From Amoebidium appalachense (Eukaryota > Protista > Ichthyosporea): a stretch of 64,000 bases of DNA. The notes beneath the pieces are model-generated. The model was not told the DNA's origin. It searched no databases and saw only the letters and a program-made list of their open reading frames with translations. Location: the NCBI GenBank assembly GCA_963693365.1, contig CAVNZM010000002.1, forward strand, positions 6,523,943 through 6,587,942. The letters are read 5' to 3'. A program made the position numbers and the translations under genes. Positions 41,378 through 54,401 of this stretch are shown here, piece by piece. Numbering within the stretch: position 1 is the stretch's first letter; every line of letters begins with the position of its first letter.

Positions 41378-43247
41378 GGGGGGGTGGGGGGTGGGGGGGG
41401 GGGGGGGGGGATGGAATGGGTTGCTGCAGCGGAAGGAATGAAGGGAGGGCCGGGGTGGGCAGATAGGGGAATTTTTTATTTTTTTTTTAATGGAGGGGAG
41501 AGGGGGAGGGGAGCTGGGAATGGAGTCATGGGGACCGGGCTGGGCTGGCAGGGGGGGGGGGGGGGGGGGGGGGGGAGGGAGGGGAGGGTGTGCAGAAGGT
41601 GAGCAGATACTTAATATAAAAAATACCTTAGCAGGCGGGAGGAGAGGAGGGGAAGGCTTGGGGTACAGACGGGAGGGGTGGGGGGAGGGGGGGGAAGAGA
41701 GGAGGGGGCGGGAGGGGGTGGGGGGGAGGGGGGAAGAGAGGAGGGGGCGGGAGGGGGGGGGGGGGGGGGGGGGGGGGCATACCATGCGGTAGTGAGCAAC
41801 ATGGTCGATGCCCCACACGTTGTGGTAAGTCTGGTAGTAGTTGGTGGTGTCATCAAGAAAGAACCCCTTGAAGTTGCGCATGCCCTGCGCTGTGTGCAGC
41901 CATGTATCCATGTCTCTAGCTATCTCGGATGGCGGTCTGGGGGGGGGGAGGAAGGTGGGGAAGAGGGGAGGATGGGGTGGGGGGAGGGGATGTTAGGATC
42001 AAGTGGAGAAGGGAGATGAGTGGGTGGATGCACTAGAGGTGAGTGTGGGGTGGGGTGGGTGGGGTGGAGGGGAAGTCTTTTTTTTTTTTTGGGAGGGGGG
42101 GGGGATAGGAGGAAAAGACACGGGGTTGATCCAAAGGGCTATATGGCAATATTGCAGTAGCTAGCCCATTGCATCACCCGTTGCCCTTAATACCTCCTTC
42201 CTCCCCCCCCCCCCCCCCCCTCCCCCCCTTCCCCCCCCCCCCCCCCCCCCTTCCCCCCCAGGACGCGGGCTCTGCCCGAGGGTTCAAGCTCCCTGCCACC
42301 GGATAAACAGGAATTTGTGGAGCCTTATCCGGATTTTGTGGGCCTCCGCCAGGCGGGCGTGTGACAGGGCGGGGTTAAGGGGAGGGAGGGAGGGAGGGGA
42401 GGGGGGGGGAGGGGGGGGGGGGAGGGCGAGGGGGAAGGGGGGAAAGGGGGGAGATTACCTCATCTGGTGGGTGGACCAGATGCCGGTGGCCGGGTCGACC
42501 GTGGCCTGCTTGGTGAATGTGTAGCCAATCATCGTTACGTTGTGCTCGTCAAGAAGGCGCATGCAGGCCTGCACAGGTGTAGGGGTGTCAGCAAAGAAGG
42601 GGTGGGGGGGTGTATGGGGGGGGGGGGGGGGGGGGGGGGATGGGTGGATGATGGGCGGATATGTTGCCCACAACTGTGAATAGACGGTTCAATGCATATA
42701 TAGTGTGTCGTAATCTTCCTGAAAAAGAGTCATGAGCAATAGGTGTATTGAATGCTCAAATAATCCCCCTGCACTTGGCAACTTCGAATGGAAGAATGTT
42801 CGACGAGCGAGAAAAAAGAGGGGGAGGGAGGGGGGTGAGTGTTTTAAGTAGAGCGAGAAAAAAGAAGGGGGGTAGGGGGGTGAGTGTTTTATTTAGAGCG
42901 AGAAAGAAGGGAGGGGGGGAGGGGGGGTGAGTGTTTTAAAGGTGGAGTGGGAGTAGGGGAGTTTCTAGCAGGACCTGGAGTGCGGGAACATCAGGGTGGT
43001 CGAGGGGCAGAGGGCCCGTAGTTGGGTTAACCACGGCAGTCACAGCCGTGCAGCCACGAGCCACGTCCACAAACATCTGCTGTGTGCACCTTCCAGCATT
43101 ATCCATGGTGATGGCCTTGTCCACAGTGTACAGGGGTATCAGGATGGCCGGGTTGGCTCGGGGCTCCCACGGACGTGTGTAGATACACCCTGGGGTGGGA
43201 GGGATTGGGAATGAGCGATGGAGGGATATGAGGGAGAGAAGAAGGTC

Positions 43248-43286
<39 letters not shown>

Positions 43287-43807
43287 TGGACTTGAGTGCG
43301 CACACGGGAGCGTGGAAAAACTGATAGTTGCACGTTAAGATTAATGAAGATATTAAGGATTGTGGTAAATATATTAATGCAGGTATATATCATTGAAATG
43401 TATCTGTTTCAGACTAGAATATGCACCGTGATGCGGGTGTGCAGAGAAAAGGGGTCGATAAAGAAACATGACGAAAAGAGGGGAAATAAAAAAACAAAAA
43501 ATGCACTTAACAGGATTTGTGGAGGCTCGGTAACAGGAACTCAGTGGGTGGACTGAGGAGCAAGGAACGAAATCGAAAGATGGGGCCAGAGAGAATAGGG
43601 TGGCTCGGTGAGGGGTTGGGCGGGATGGGGTAGGTGGGGAGAAGAAACAACAGGGACGGGGCAACGGCAGGGGAGGGGAGGGGAGGGGGGGGGGGGGGGG
43701 GGGGGGGTACCGGTACCCTTGTTTGGGCTCTTGATCTCGAGGGCATCTGCACCGAGCACAGCGGGAGACAGGGCAGCAGCCACTGCCCACAGATTCCGCA
43801 CAACCAT
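38552..43807 (-). CDS. Spherulin-4 / GH135 (Sph3)-like glycoside hydrolase, secreted and probably GPI-anchored, ~400 aa
   Basis: Exons 43807-43717, 43189-42975, 42568-42459, 41936-41783, 40986-40821, 40394-40318, 40002-39920, 39249-39100, 38708-38552 (1203 nt, phases consistent). Motifs in family order: ILIPLY, AVVNPTTGP, NVTMIGYTFT, RPPSEIARDMDTW, GFFLDD, VILNPG, ITIPFEDY, AVVHS, FYATD, PWGRVPLFWDDY. N-terminal signal peptide; S/T linker plus hydrophobic C-terminus VLALIASILLATVWW*. Confidence 0.85.
42805..42940. repeat. Three ~45-bp purine-rich tandem units
   Basis: gagcgagaaa..gggggtgagtgtttta repeated three times in an intron. Confidence 0.8.
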
Positions 43808-43808
43808 T

Positions 43809-44320
43809 CTGGGGGGGTTAGAGGGTTAGAAGGGCATAAGCACCAATGGACATGAAGCCAGGCAGAGGAAGTTTTGATAATGAAATTTGCATAGGGTTAG
43901 CTTGTTTCAGTGTTGAACTGTAGCAGCCACTTCAGTTGACCTATGCCGATACGTAGTATATATGACTCAGCATGTGTGTAAGGTTTGGCAAGGAATCATA
44001 TTCTGCACCTGCGGATTCAAAAGTCCTCATTCATTCACCCAAAGAGTTCGAAAGAGAGGCGTAAGATTTCTGAGGGAGAGTGGATAACCAAAAACGAAGC
44101 CATTCGCAAGCCAAGTGCCTGTCGAAAACGAAGTAAGCTAAAAGAACCATAACAAACAGGTTACCTTGAGGGAAGGTGGATAACCAAAAACGTGGGCCCG
44201 GGGGTGCCGGGTTGAGGTTAGCAGCCTGAGCCTTGTATGAACTGCTATATGTAGATGCTGTGGTGCTCAGATATGTACCCAGCTGACTGAATGATATTGT
44301 TCCAAGCAGCCGCCTTTATA
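43809..44320 (-). promoter_or_regulatory. TATA box and probable 5'-UTR intron of the Spherulin-4-like gene
   Basis: TATAAA (minus) at 44315-44320; donor caag|gtaacc at 44164; branch-like ctaac motifs and ccccag acceptor at 43809, one base before the ATG. Confidence 0.5.
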
Positions 44321-45003
44321 CCCCGACCATCGGGTGAACAAATGTGGGCATTGTGGCATGCTCCGCGGGGCATAGCCCACACGTGCACATGACATGCATG
44401 TGCTTGACAACGCACGCACAGACGCGTGTCAACGGCTCATGTGTGGCTTATATGAAGGCAGTTTGTTATCGTGGTTCAGAGCTCCAGTGTAAATATAAAA
44501 GGTCAGAGTATCCGTAGCAACCCCCCAACTCAGACTCAAATGTTGGGCACCAGGTACCATCATGTCCAGCTTCAGAGCAAGTGACATGCCAAAAGAAAGT
44601 CAAAAAGGCGCGTCTTGGAGATCGAAGTGTGACCTACTCTGGGAACATAGTACGCACTGAAACGCTTTAATGAATTATATCGGTGCACCTGCAACAGGTT
44701 TATTACCGTACGTTGAGCTCTCGGAGCTGAGCTGCAGTGTTCATGCGTGGTACATATACCGTACCGCCGCGCGCGACGTACGCACGTGTGTCACTGTCTT
44801 GCATATGTTCTCATGTGCACTGCTGGTCGTGCTGTCAACGCTTGCGCGCGCAAACTTGACATTACAAGACGAAGCACTATAGCTGACTCTCCCCATTTCC
44901 GCATGCTCAAGCTGCACTTATCCCAAAACCACAGTGTGAATGGTCAAAGAGAGGTGCTTGCGAAGTCGGCACTTGTCTCAGCTGCAGCCTGAATAGATCT
45001 GAT

Positions 45004-45165
45004 GCCAATTGTCAAGTGGGAAATGATTGGATGAACTAAAAATATATTTGCCAATCATAAAAGTGATCACCTGTGACTCATGCATTCCTTTCTCCAACAT
45101 TTTATCACTGGGCTGATGGGCTACGATAAGATTCACTAATATGATTGGTAAGCCGTGACATCATT
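45004..45165. promoter_or_regulatory. CCAAT-box cluster upstream of the Mint-like PDZ gene
   Basis: CCAAT/ATTGG at about 45006, 45026, 45051 and 45144, plus TGACATCA at about 45157. Confidence 0.4.
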
Positions 45166-45366
45166 TAACACAGGCACGGCCGTCTGAACACACACAGGTA
45201 TGCACTGCGTGAACCGGGTGGCACGATCGCGAAACAAAAAAAAAAGAAAAAAAGAAAAAAAGAAGAACGAGAACAAAAGGCTGGCAAACCTTCATGTCGT
45301 TCATTCACCTTTTTTTTTTTTTTTTTTTTTGGAACCTCTAAAACGTGCACATTAACATCCCAAAAA

Positions 45367-46299
45367 ATGAATGCAGCAACAACCACTAATCTAATAGGTG
45401 GAATAACCACAGCTCACGGGTTGGCCATGGAAGATTCGGAAGCAGCAAGAAGGGCGGAAAAGGATAGAATAAAGGCCGAGAAAAAGGCGGCAAAAAAGAA
45501 GTTACTGGAAGAGAAAGAGGCACAGAGGATACAGGAGGAGGAAGAGAGGCGGAGACAGGAGCTGGAAAAGAGGGAAAACCAAGAGAGAGAGATGAGAAAT
45601 AGGGAGATGGAGAAAAAGAGAGCAGTTAGAAGAGCTAGAAGGGAGGCGAGATTGGAGGTTGCAAAGCGAGAAGAGGCAGAGGCATGCAGAGATATAACGA
45701 GGCGAGAGAGAGGTTGGAGGGGGGAGGAGAAGGCCATGTGCGCACATATGGAAGAGAAGCTTAAGATTAAAGAAGGAAAGGTAGCTAAAGCGAGGCAAAA
45801 GTTAGAAAAATTGGATGTGAGTGACGAGAGTGAGGATGAAAAACATGAGGAAGTAGCGGATGAAGCGAGCGAGCAAGATGTAAACCGTGGCATACGAAGC
45901 CCGTCTGAACAAACAGAATTGGCAGCCCTTCTATCCAACGCGAAGCGGGTGTTTATGAGAAAGAACAAGGGCGAGAGTCTGGGTATGCGCATAACACAGG
46001 TGAGTAGTGTTGTGCTGTGCTTTCAGCTTTGCACCGGGAGCCCATACGTCAAATAATCTTATTGGTGGTGTTGGCGGCTATGTGCTTTTTGGGTATTGTG
46101 CTTCTGTGTGCTTATGGAGGTTTGTAAAAGATGAGAAAGGGGTGGGGGGGGGGGGGGGAGGAGGGGGAGGAGGGGGAAACATGGAGGGAAGGTTGCGGGG
46201 TATGAGGCGAGCGGAAGGAGAGGTTCCGGGGGGAGGACCGGGGGGGGCACGGGGGAGAAGGAAGGAGAACGACATGTTGGTGGTGTTTGTGTGTTTGTG

Positions 46300-46359
<60 letters not shown>

Positions 46360-46360
46360 T

Positions 46361-46427
<67 letters not shown>

Positions 46428-47253
46428 TGTGTGTGTGTGTCTGTGTGTGTGTGTGTGTGTGTGTGGGGGGGGGGGGGAGGGGTGGTTGGGGGGGTAGGGG
46501 GGAGGGGGGAGGGTAGGTAAAATTTGCGAGATTGCTTTTGTTGATTGATGAAGATTGGGTGATGAGGACGGGAGGAAAGTGTGTCATGGAAAGCATTCTA
46601 AGAGGGGGAGCGGGCTTTTATCACTGTGTGTGTTTTTGGTGGTGGTGATGGTGGTGATGGTGGGGAAGGGGGGAGGGGGGAGGGGGGGGGGAGGGGGGTG
46701 GAGGGGGCACAAAGGGCCAGGAAATGGGGCAGCTAGGAAAAAGAGTGGGGGGAGGGGAAAGGGATGCTGGCCCGGGAGGTACGGAGCCGTGGGAGGATGA
46801 GGGCGGGGGTTGGAGAGGGGGGGGGGGGGGGGGGGGGGTTCTAATTACTTCGGTGGTAAAGAGAATTCAAGGCATAAGAGTGAAAAACTGCTGTAGGCAT
46901 GTGAGAAAACGGGGGGGAAGGGGGGTGGGGGGGTGGATAGTTAGCTGGGAGAGACCACCTAGGGGAGCGGGGGAGGGGAGGGGTCGCGGGGGAGGGAGGC
47001 GGACAGGGGGGGGGGGGGGGGGGGGGGAGAGGGGGGAGTGGAGGCAGTAATAGGTGGTGAAATTCGGGACATTCACTGTGTGCACAGACCAGCAGACACA
47101 ACCTTATCCCCAGCGCATTCATCAGCCACCTCAGACCGGGGGGTGCGGCCTCACGGTGCCCTGACGTGCAGGTTGGAGACCTGATAGTGGCCATCAACGG
47201 AGAGGTGTGTGTATGTGTGTGCGTGTGTGTGTGTGTGCGTGTGTGCGTGTGTA

Positions 47254-47285
<32 letters not shown>

Positions 47286-47342
47286 GGTGGGTGGGTGGGT
47301 GGGTGGGTGTGGGTGTGAGGGTGTGGGTGGGTGTGGGTGTGT

Positions 47343-47373
<31 letters not shown>

Positions 47374-47646
47374 CTCGTGCGTATGTTTGTGTGCGTGCAA
47401 GCCTGCGTCTACGAGTGCTTCTATGTGTCCACACGTATTCGCACGAGGTGATATGGAGGCAAGATTGAGCATGTTTTGTGGCACTGTCAACTCCGCGCGA
47501 TTTTTGTGCATGGAAAAGGGTTCGGGTGGGTGGTGGTGGTGGTGGGGAGGGGTGGGGGGGGTGGGGGGGGGGGACGTGTTCATATGCCTGCATGTGCAAT
47601 GGTGAGGTATTATGGCCAACACCATGCAAGGCTGTATATTATGTAC

Positions 47647-47678
<32 letters not shown>

Positions 47679-47858
47679 ACTTCCTCCTCTCTCTTCTCCG
47701 TCTTTTTTCTCTCTCTGTCTCCTCTCACCCCCCGCACCCCCCCCTCCCCCCCTCCTTCCCTCCTTTCACTTTCTCATCCTCTCCCCCCTCCCGCCCCTCC
47801 CTCCTTCCCTCCCTCCCTCTCTCCATCCCTCTTCCCCCTACCGTGTCTCTCCCTCTTT

Positions 47859-47890
<32 letters not shown>

Positions 47891-48675
47891 CCCCTTCTCT
47901 TTCTCGTCCTCTCCTCGTTACTCTCCCTCCCTCCCCTCTCCGTCGCCCCTTTCTCCCTTCCGCCCCTCCCTTCCCCCTTCCCCTCCCCCCCTCCCCCCCT
48001 CTCTCCCCCCCCCCCTCCCCCCCCCCCGGGGCTCCATCTCCCTTCCCAGGATATCCCACCTCCATCCTCTCTCCCGCACCCTACCCCAAACTCCCCCTCA
48101 CACATTCGTTTTGCAGTCTGTTGTTGGGCGGCCCTTCCGCTACATTTTAGATCGATTTGCAAGTGCCAGGTAGGTGTCCCCTCCCCCCCCCCCCCCCCCC
48201 CCCCCCCCCCGGGCCCCACCCTTCTCCCCCAGATTTGCTTTTTGCCCTCGTGGTTTAGAGTTAAAGTTCGGGAATTGTGGATGGCTACCCCGCTTTCCCG
48301 GCAATTTCTCTATTTATGTTGGCTTTTTGTGTATGTGTTTCGTTCTTCCACCCCACTACGTCTCGCCTCCCTTCCCCCGATCCCCCTCTCCCAAGATGCA
48401 TTTCCCTTGCCCAACACCACTGCAAACCACCCCTCTTTGCTACCCACCCGAGGGTTCCCCTGGGCTTAGAATGAGAGTTGTACCCACAGGTTTACATACA
48501 CGGTATGCACACCCTAAGTGGACACACACACACACACACACACAGGTGCACATGCACACACACACACATGCACACACACACACATGCACACACACACACA
48601 TGCACACACACGCACACACAAATGCACACGCATACACACAAATGCCCCCTGCCCCCCAATCCTCTCCCCCCCTCG

Positions 48676-48715
<40 letters not shown>

Positions 48716-50237
48716 GGCCATGGGTCGAAACTCAAATACTGTGGATGGCTTGCCCCCCCTTGAGAATATGCTCTAAATATGATGCACACCCCTTGTGTTT
48801 GCCCTGTTTTGAAAATCTGCATTGTGTTGTCCGTTGTTGTTGCGTACTCAGTACACGCCAACACATCCCAACCCCCCCCCTCCCCCCCCACCCCGCCCCA
48901 CTCCCACCCCCCATCCCCCTCCCCTCCCCCGTCCCCAGTCCCCCACCCCCCTACCTACACACAACACAATCTGAATTGTGTTTTCCATTATAAAACCATG
49001 CTTGCTTCTCTGTAACACATTTTCCTTCCCCCCCCCCTCCCCATCCCCCCCTTGTTTTGTAACTTTAACACACTCTCAACCCCGCTCTCTCTCCTCCTAC
49101 CTACCCCCCCCCCCCCCCCCTCCCTCCCCCACGCCCCGCCCCCTTTCTTGTACTGTACCACACTCACCCCCTCCCCCCCCCCCCCTCCCCCCCCAGTGAG
49201 CAGCTAGAGGTCAACCTTACGGTGGTATCTCGGCCCAGTGCTATCAGTTTCACCATCGACAGAACAAAACTGCCAAAGGCATCCCTGGTACCTCCCTCCC
49301 CCCCCCCCCCCCCCCCTCACAGAGGCACAGACACACACACACACGCGTCCTTACCCCACCCTTACCTGTCCCCTAACTCCCGAGTTTCTGGTTTTACCTT
49401 TTCTGCTTGCCGACCTGGTCCTTTCCCTCTTTACAATTCTTCCTGTAACTTGTTTTTAGACTATTGCACACCTTACGTAACCCCGCATGTTTCTAGGTAT
49501 AGGTTATGTAACCCTTCAACTGCAGATAGATGTGGTATGTAGAGTGGTTTTGCAATGAGTAGGGGTCGGAAGCAGCACATCTTGAAGACTGCTATCTTTC
49601 CTATGTATGCCGTGTACTGCCAATCACCCACAAAAAGCTCTCCGGCTGGCCCCTCTCCTCTATTTCCTACACTATTGGTGGCTCGCTCCTTTTCCCCCCA
49701 CAGTTGTCACTCCACACCACCCACACTAAACATGTGGCTACTTGCTCAGTTTTATCACGTGCAGTGGCATGTATGACGGATTTCTCTTGTTTTGTTCTTC
49801 CGCCGCCCCCCCCCCCCCCCCCCTGCCCCCCTCCCCCCTCCCCCACCCTTCCTCCCCTTTCTATTCTTCGTCTCCCCCTCCCCCCCTCCCCCCCCCCCCC
49901 CCCCTTCTCCTTCCAACATCTCTCCCCCCCCCCCCCCCCCCGCCCCGCCCGCCCCCGGCCACCCCCCCCCCCCCCCCCCTCCCCCTCCCTCCACCCCTTA
50001 CACCCCCACCTACCACCCACTGACTCACATACACGGGCAGGGTATGAGTGTGGTAGCTGGGGAGATAGTGAGTGTCGAGAAGGGGGGCCTGGCTGACATG
50101 GCAGGGGCTATGGTAGGGACCCCCCCCCCCCTCCTACTGACCGTTGCTCTTGTTTCTCTCTCCCTCTTTCTGTTTTGTAAACCTGCATTGTATTGTCCTT
50201 TGCATAATTGTGCTTCAAGCTCTGCAACACGACAGTC

Positions 50238-50285
<48 letters not shown>

Positions 50286-50643
50286 TTCCCTTTCACTCTG
50301 CAAACACACACACTGGCTACTCCCCCTCTCTCCCTCCTTAGCGATTTCTGGTCACATCGACCCCTGCTACACAGTTATGGTCGAGAGTCCCCCCCCCCCC
50401 CCCGCCCCGCCCCTTCACCCGTGCACATATACTGGACTTGTAATCTTCCTTCATCCCATTCTCCCAACCCCCACCCTTCCCCCCCTTGCCCGCCCATCCA
50501 TTCCCGCTTATTTGTGGAGGTTAAGGGACAACCCGTGAGATGGGCTCAGCTTTTAGTGTCTTCTGCCGGCACCATTGTTGTGATTTGTGTTCAAGGTTTT
50601 TGCTAATGTGATAGCTTGCTAGTTTACCTCTTCTCTCCCCCTC

Positions 50644-50683
<40 letters not shown>

Positions 50684-50889
50684 CCCGGCGCCCATGGGTC
50701 CTTCACCACCAACCAGCAGGAAAAAAAAGTATATTCCAGTCGAAAGAGGGATTTTGCACAAAAGCTACCCCCCCCCCTCTCCGTCATGCAAATCTTTGTG
50801 TGGTTTGCACTCTGCATTGTATTGTCCGATATGGATGTGTACTTTGTGCTCTATAACATATATTACCCTCCCCCCCTCCCTCCCCCCCC

Positions 50890-50930
<41 letters not shown>

Positions 50931-51064
50931 AAAAAAAAGAAAAAAAAGAAAAAAGATCCTTTCTGGCTCATGATATTTATCATCCTTTGTTGTCCTTAAT
51001 GCTGTGTACAGCACTCTAACCCTCCCCCCGCCGCCTACTCGGCACACACACACACACACACACA

Positions 51065-51099
<35 letters not shown>

Positions 51100-51357
51100 G
51101 GCACACGCACACGCACACGCACACGCACACACGCACACACACACACACACGTACACACACACACACACACACACACAGGCGGGCTACATGATCACGGAGA
51201 TCAACGGGCGTAGTGTAGTGGGTCAGCCTCTCAGTATCATAGAGGGGGGCTGGCAGAGAGGCAGATAGAGATCACAGCTATGCCCACAGACCTCTACACT
51301 GCTCTTGTGGATGACTCGGATGCAGTGGCAGCTATGGCTCTAAGGGCGGCACAGTAG
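45367..51357 (+). CDS. Coiled-coil + Mint/X11 (APBA/LIN-10)-type tandem PDZ protein lacking a PTB domain
   Basis: Exons 45367 (or ATG 45427)-45999, 47088-47204, 48117-48169, 49197-49287, 50041-50112, 51179-51357. Translation: [124 protein letters not shown], which parallels the X11 PDZ1-PDZ2 region and its TMPxxMYRLL tail. One extra G is needed in the G6 run at 51244-51249. Confidence 0.82.
48722..48880 (+). repeat. Diverged copy of dispersed repeat family B
   Basis: ggtcgaaactcaaatactgtggatggcttgccccccc..tctgcattgtgttgtccgtt..gtactcagtac..caacccccc aligns by eye with 57113-57270. Confidence 0.65.
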
Positions 51358-52435
51358 AGATGTGTGCGTGTGTGTGGGGGGGGAGGGGGAAGGGGAGAGG
51401 GAGGGAGGGAGGGGGTGAGGGGGGCGGGGGAGGGGGGGGGGGGGGAGGGGCTTGTGTATAGATGTGTTAAGGAGAGGGGGGGGGGGGGGGGGGGGTAGCT
51501 GTTCTGTTTCACGGTGCTGCTTATTTTGGGGATGTGATTATACTTGGGGATCATGCATATGTGGGTCGGCAAAGTGTGTAATGCTGGCTGGGTTTTTTAC
51601 CCCTTGTGTGTGTGTGTGTGTGTGTGTGTGTACATGGGGGAGCAAGGGGGGGGGGGGGGGGGGGGGGGGGAGGGAGGGGGAGAGGGGGGCTGATTATTGG
51701 GTACTGTACATCTCAGTAAACAAATGTTAGTTTTGTGAAGGCTTACTAGCACCCGTGACTGCCTACAGAATTGCCTTCTTGCTCTGGCGGATTATGGTTT
51801 GTGCACATCTATGAACAAGTGCTGAGTCCTTTGTGGACACCGGAGGACCAATGTCAAGCCTCTCTGTACATGGCACGTGTGCACATGTACAGAGATAGTC
51901 GGTCCCCAAGGGCTTGCCTCCCCCCCCCCCCCCCTCAACAAAAAAAAAAAAAAAAAAAAAAAGAAAAAGAAAAACACACACACACACACACAGACATTAC
52001 ACACCGCCACCGCCACCAAAACACCCACACACGCGCGCACACACACGGTGACAGGCGCAAACACATCACACGTGACACGCACATACACCAACACACATCA
52101 ATACAGTACTTTAGTAAATGCAAACAGAACTGTTGTAATATTACAGTAATCATCAAGGGGGGGGGGGGGGGGGGGGGGGGGCATTCATCAAATCGAATGT
52201 AAGGATTTGTGGACTAAATAAGGCTATTATGTTATCCCCCAGCAACGCTCTTATCAGTTGCATCAAGCGCACATATTTGGAAATAATTGGCCATCGCTGA
52301 TAGGCCATCTTTTTTCTGGTATGTAAACAAAACATGCCATCAACAGTTCACTTCACTCACGAAGCTTTGGAGTTCACTCCCTGAGTCACAATAGATCTTT
52401 CGTCTTTCTCTTTCGTCTTTTCCGAAATCCCCACC

Positions 52436-54028
52436 ATGTTTGGGATGCCCCGTTTTCTGTGCGCGCTTTTAGCGCTGTCTGCGGTTGACCTAGCGCGAGG
52501 GGAAGAGGAAGAATTCTACAGCCATGGAAATGTTGTCGTTCTGTCTGAGGCCACGTTCCAAGACGCGGTCGGGCAGGCAGACACCATCCTTGTCAAGTTC
52601 TATGCCCCATGGTGCGGCCACTGCAAGGTACTGTTTGTCATCCTCCTTTGCTACTCTTTTCTTTTCCCATCAATCCGACATTTTCCCTGTGCTCTCCTCT
52701 ACTTCACCTTCCCCCCCCCCGGCCCTCCACCCCACCCCACCCCACCCCTCCTCCCCCCCCCCTCCCCCCCCCCCTCCCCCTTCCCCCGGACTTCCCAGCA
52801 ACCCCAGCTCTTTACTTTCTTTCCTTTACTCCCTCTTGTCACCTGAAGTCCCTTTACGGCCAAAAGAGTACCCAATAATGATCCCTTTTTGGCTGTCAAG
52901 TGTTTTTTGCAGTTCTCACCTGATCTTTGCTGTCAAGATCCTGGCTTCTATGCAATCACGCTAACAACCACAAACGCACACAACCCATTATAAAGGCAAG
53001 AACCTGCTCTGTTACCTTTCCATACCTTGGCGCTCCCACGGCGCACGCATCAATCTCCCGGGGTTCAAAAAACTCATCTTTTTTTTTTTTTCTTCAGACG
53101 TTGGCGCCTGTGTACCAGGAGGCAGCCAAGCAGCTGGAGGAGGAATACGACGGCAAGGGCCTCCTGGCCACTGTGGACTGCACACAGAACGGCCCCCTGT
53201 GCAGCAGCCACAACATACAGGGGTAGGTGCGGGGGGGAGGGGGGAGGGGGGGGGGGGGGGGGAAGCGGGGGGAGAGGGGAAGGTAGAGATTGAGTTGAGC
53301 TTGGATGGGTGCTTGGAGACAGGTTCAATTCGAGAGGTTGTAGTGCAAGATAGGGTTTTTTTGGGGGGGGGGTGGGGGGGGGGGGGGGGGGGGGGGGACG
53401 GGGGCGGGGGGAGAAGGGAGCTGAGGCAAGCATACATACGGGTTGAACAAGAACATTACCATGGGCAATTTTAACCATGTTAACGGTTGTGCTCCTCCCC
53501 CCTCCCTCCCCCTTCACTCTCTCCTGCCCCAACCAGTCTTTCATCTCGGCCTCCCTCTATCGTCCCTGTCTGCTCGTTTACATTTATGCACACGCCTTAC
53601 GTACACTACACCGTACATTTATGGTTGTCTATCATGTTGCTTCGTACCGTCCAGCACTTCCTAACCCACGGATTATTCATTCCACAGCTACCCCACAGTT
53701 CTTCTCTTCAAAAAGGGTGAAAGGGTAGAGCAGTATTCTGGTCAGCGTACAGTTCAGGCCATAGTTGACTATGTAGCATCCAAGGCAGGCAAGAGCAAGA
53801 CCAAGGCAGAGAGACTGACGACCTATGCTGTGGCCATGCACGAGGAGAGCTTTGAGGCCGATATCAGCGTCAAACAGGCCATGCTGGTCATGTTCTACGC
53901 CCCCGTGGTGTGGCCACTGCAAGGTCTCTTGCTTTTTCCTTTTTTTTTTTCCCTTTTCTTCTTTCTTCTTCTTCTTCTTCTTCTTCTCTCTCTCTCTTTT
54001 TTTTCTTTTCGTTTTTTTTTTTTTTTTT

Positions 54029-54059
<31 letters not shown>

Positions 54060-54363
54060 GGGTTGGAGGGGGGGTTGAGGGGGCTGGGGGAAGGGGGCAC
54101 GGGGGGAGGTGGGGGGGAGGGAGGTTGAGTGTTGGGAAGAAGGAGCACTGGGGAGGGTGAGGTGTGTGTGTGGTGGTGGGGGGGGCGGGGGGGGGGGAGG
54201 GGGGGTGTCGTTTGGGTGTTTGGGTGCCATCTCCTTAGAGGTTGTTGAAATCTTGTGTTTGTGGTGGGTAAAGGGGTGGCTTAGGGGCAAGGAATCAAGG
54301 TGAAGATGGTGGTGGTGGTGGTGGTGGGGAGGGGGGGGGGGGGGGGGGGGGGGGAGGGGGGGT

Positions 54364-54401
<38 letters not shown>

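Noticed and set aside
42261-42364. Antisense exon-like stretch (TRALPEGSSSLPPDKQEFVEPYPDFVGLRQAGV*) in a Spherulin-4-like intron
   Set aside because: Isolated, with no partner exons and no recognisable motif.
45414-45992. 192-aa minus-strand ORF (and plus-strand 7773-8189)
   Set aside because: Antisense shadows of genuine exons.
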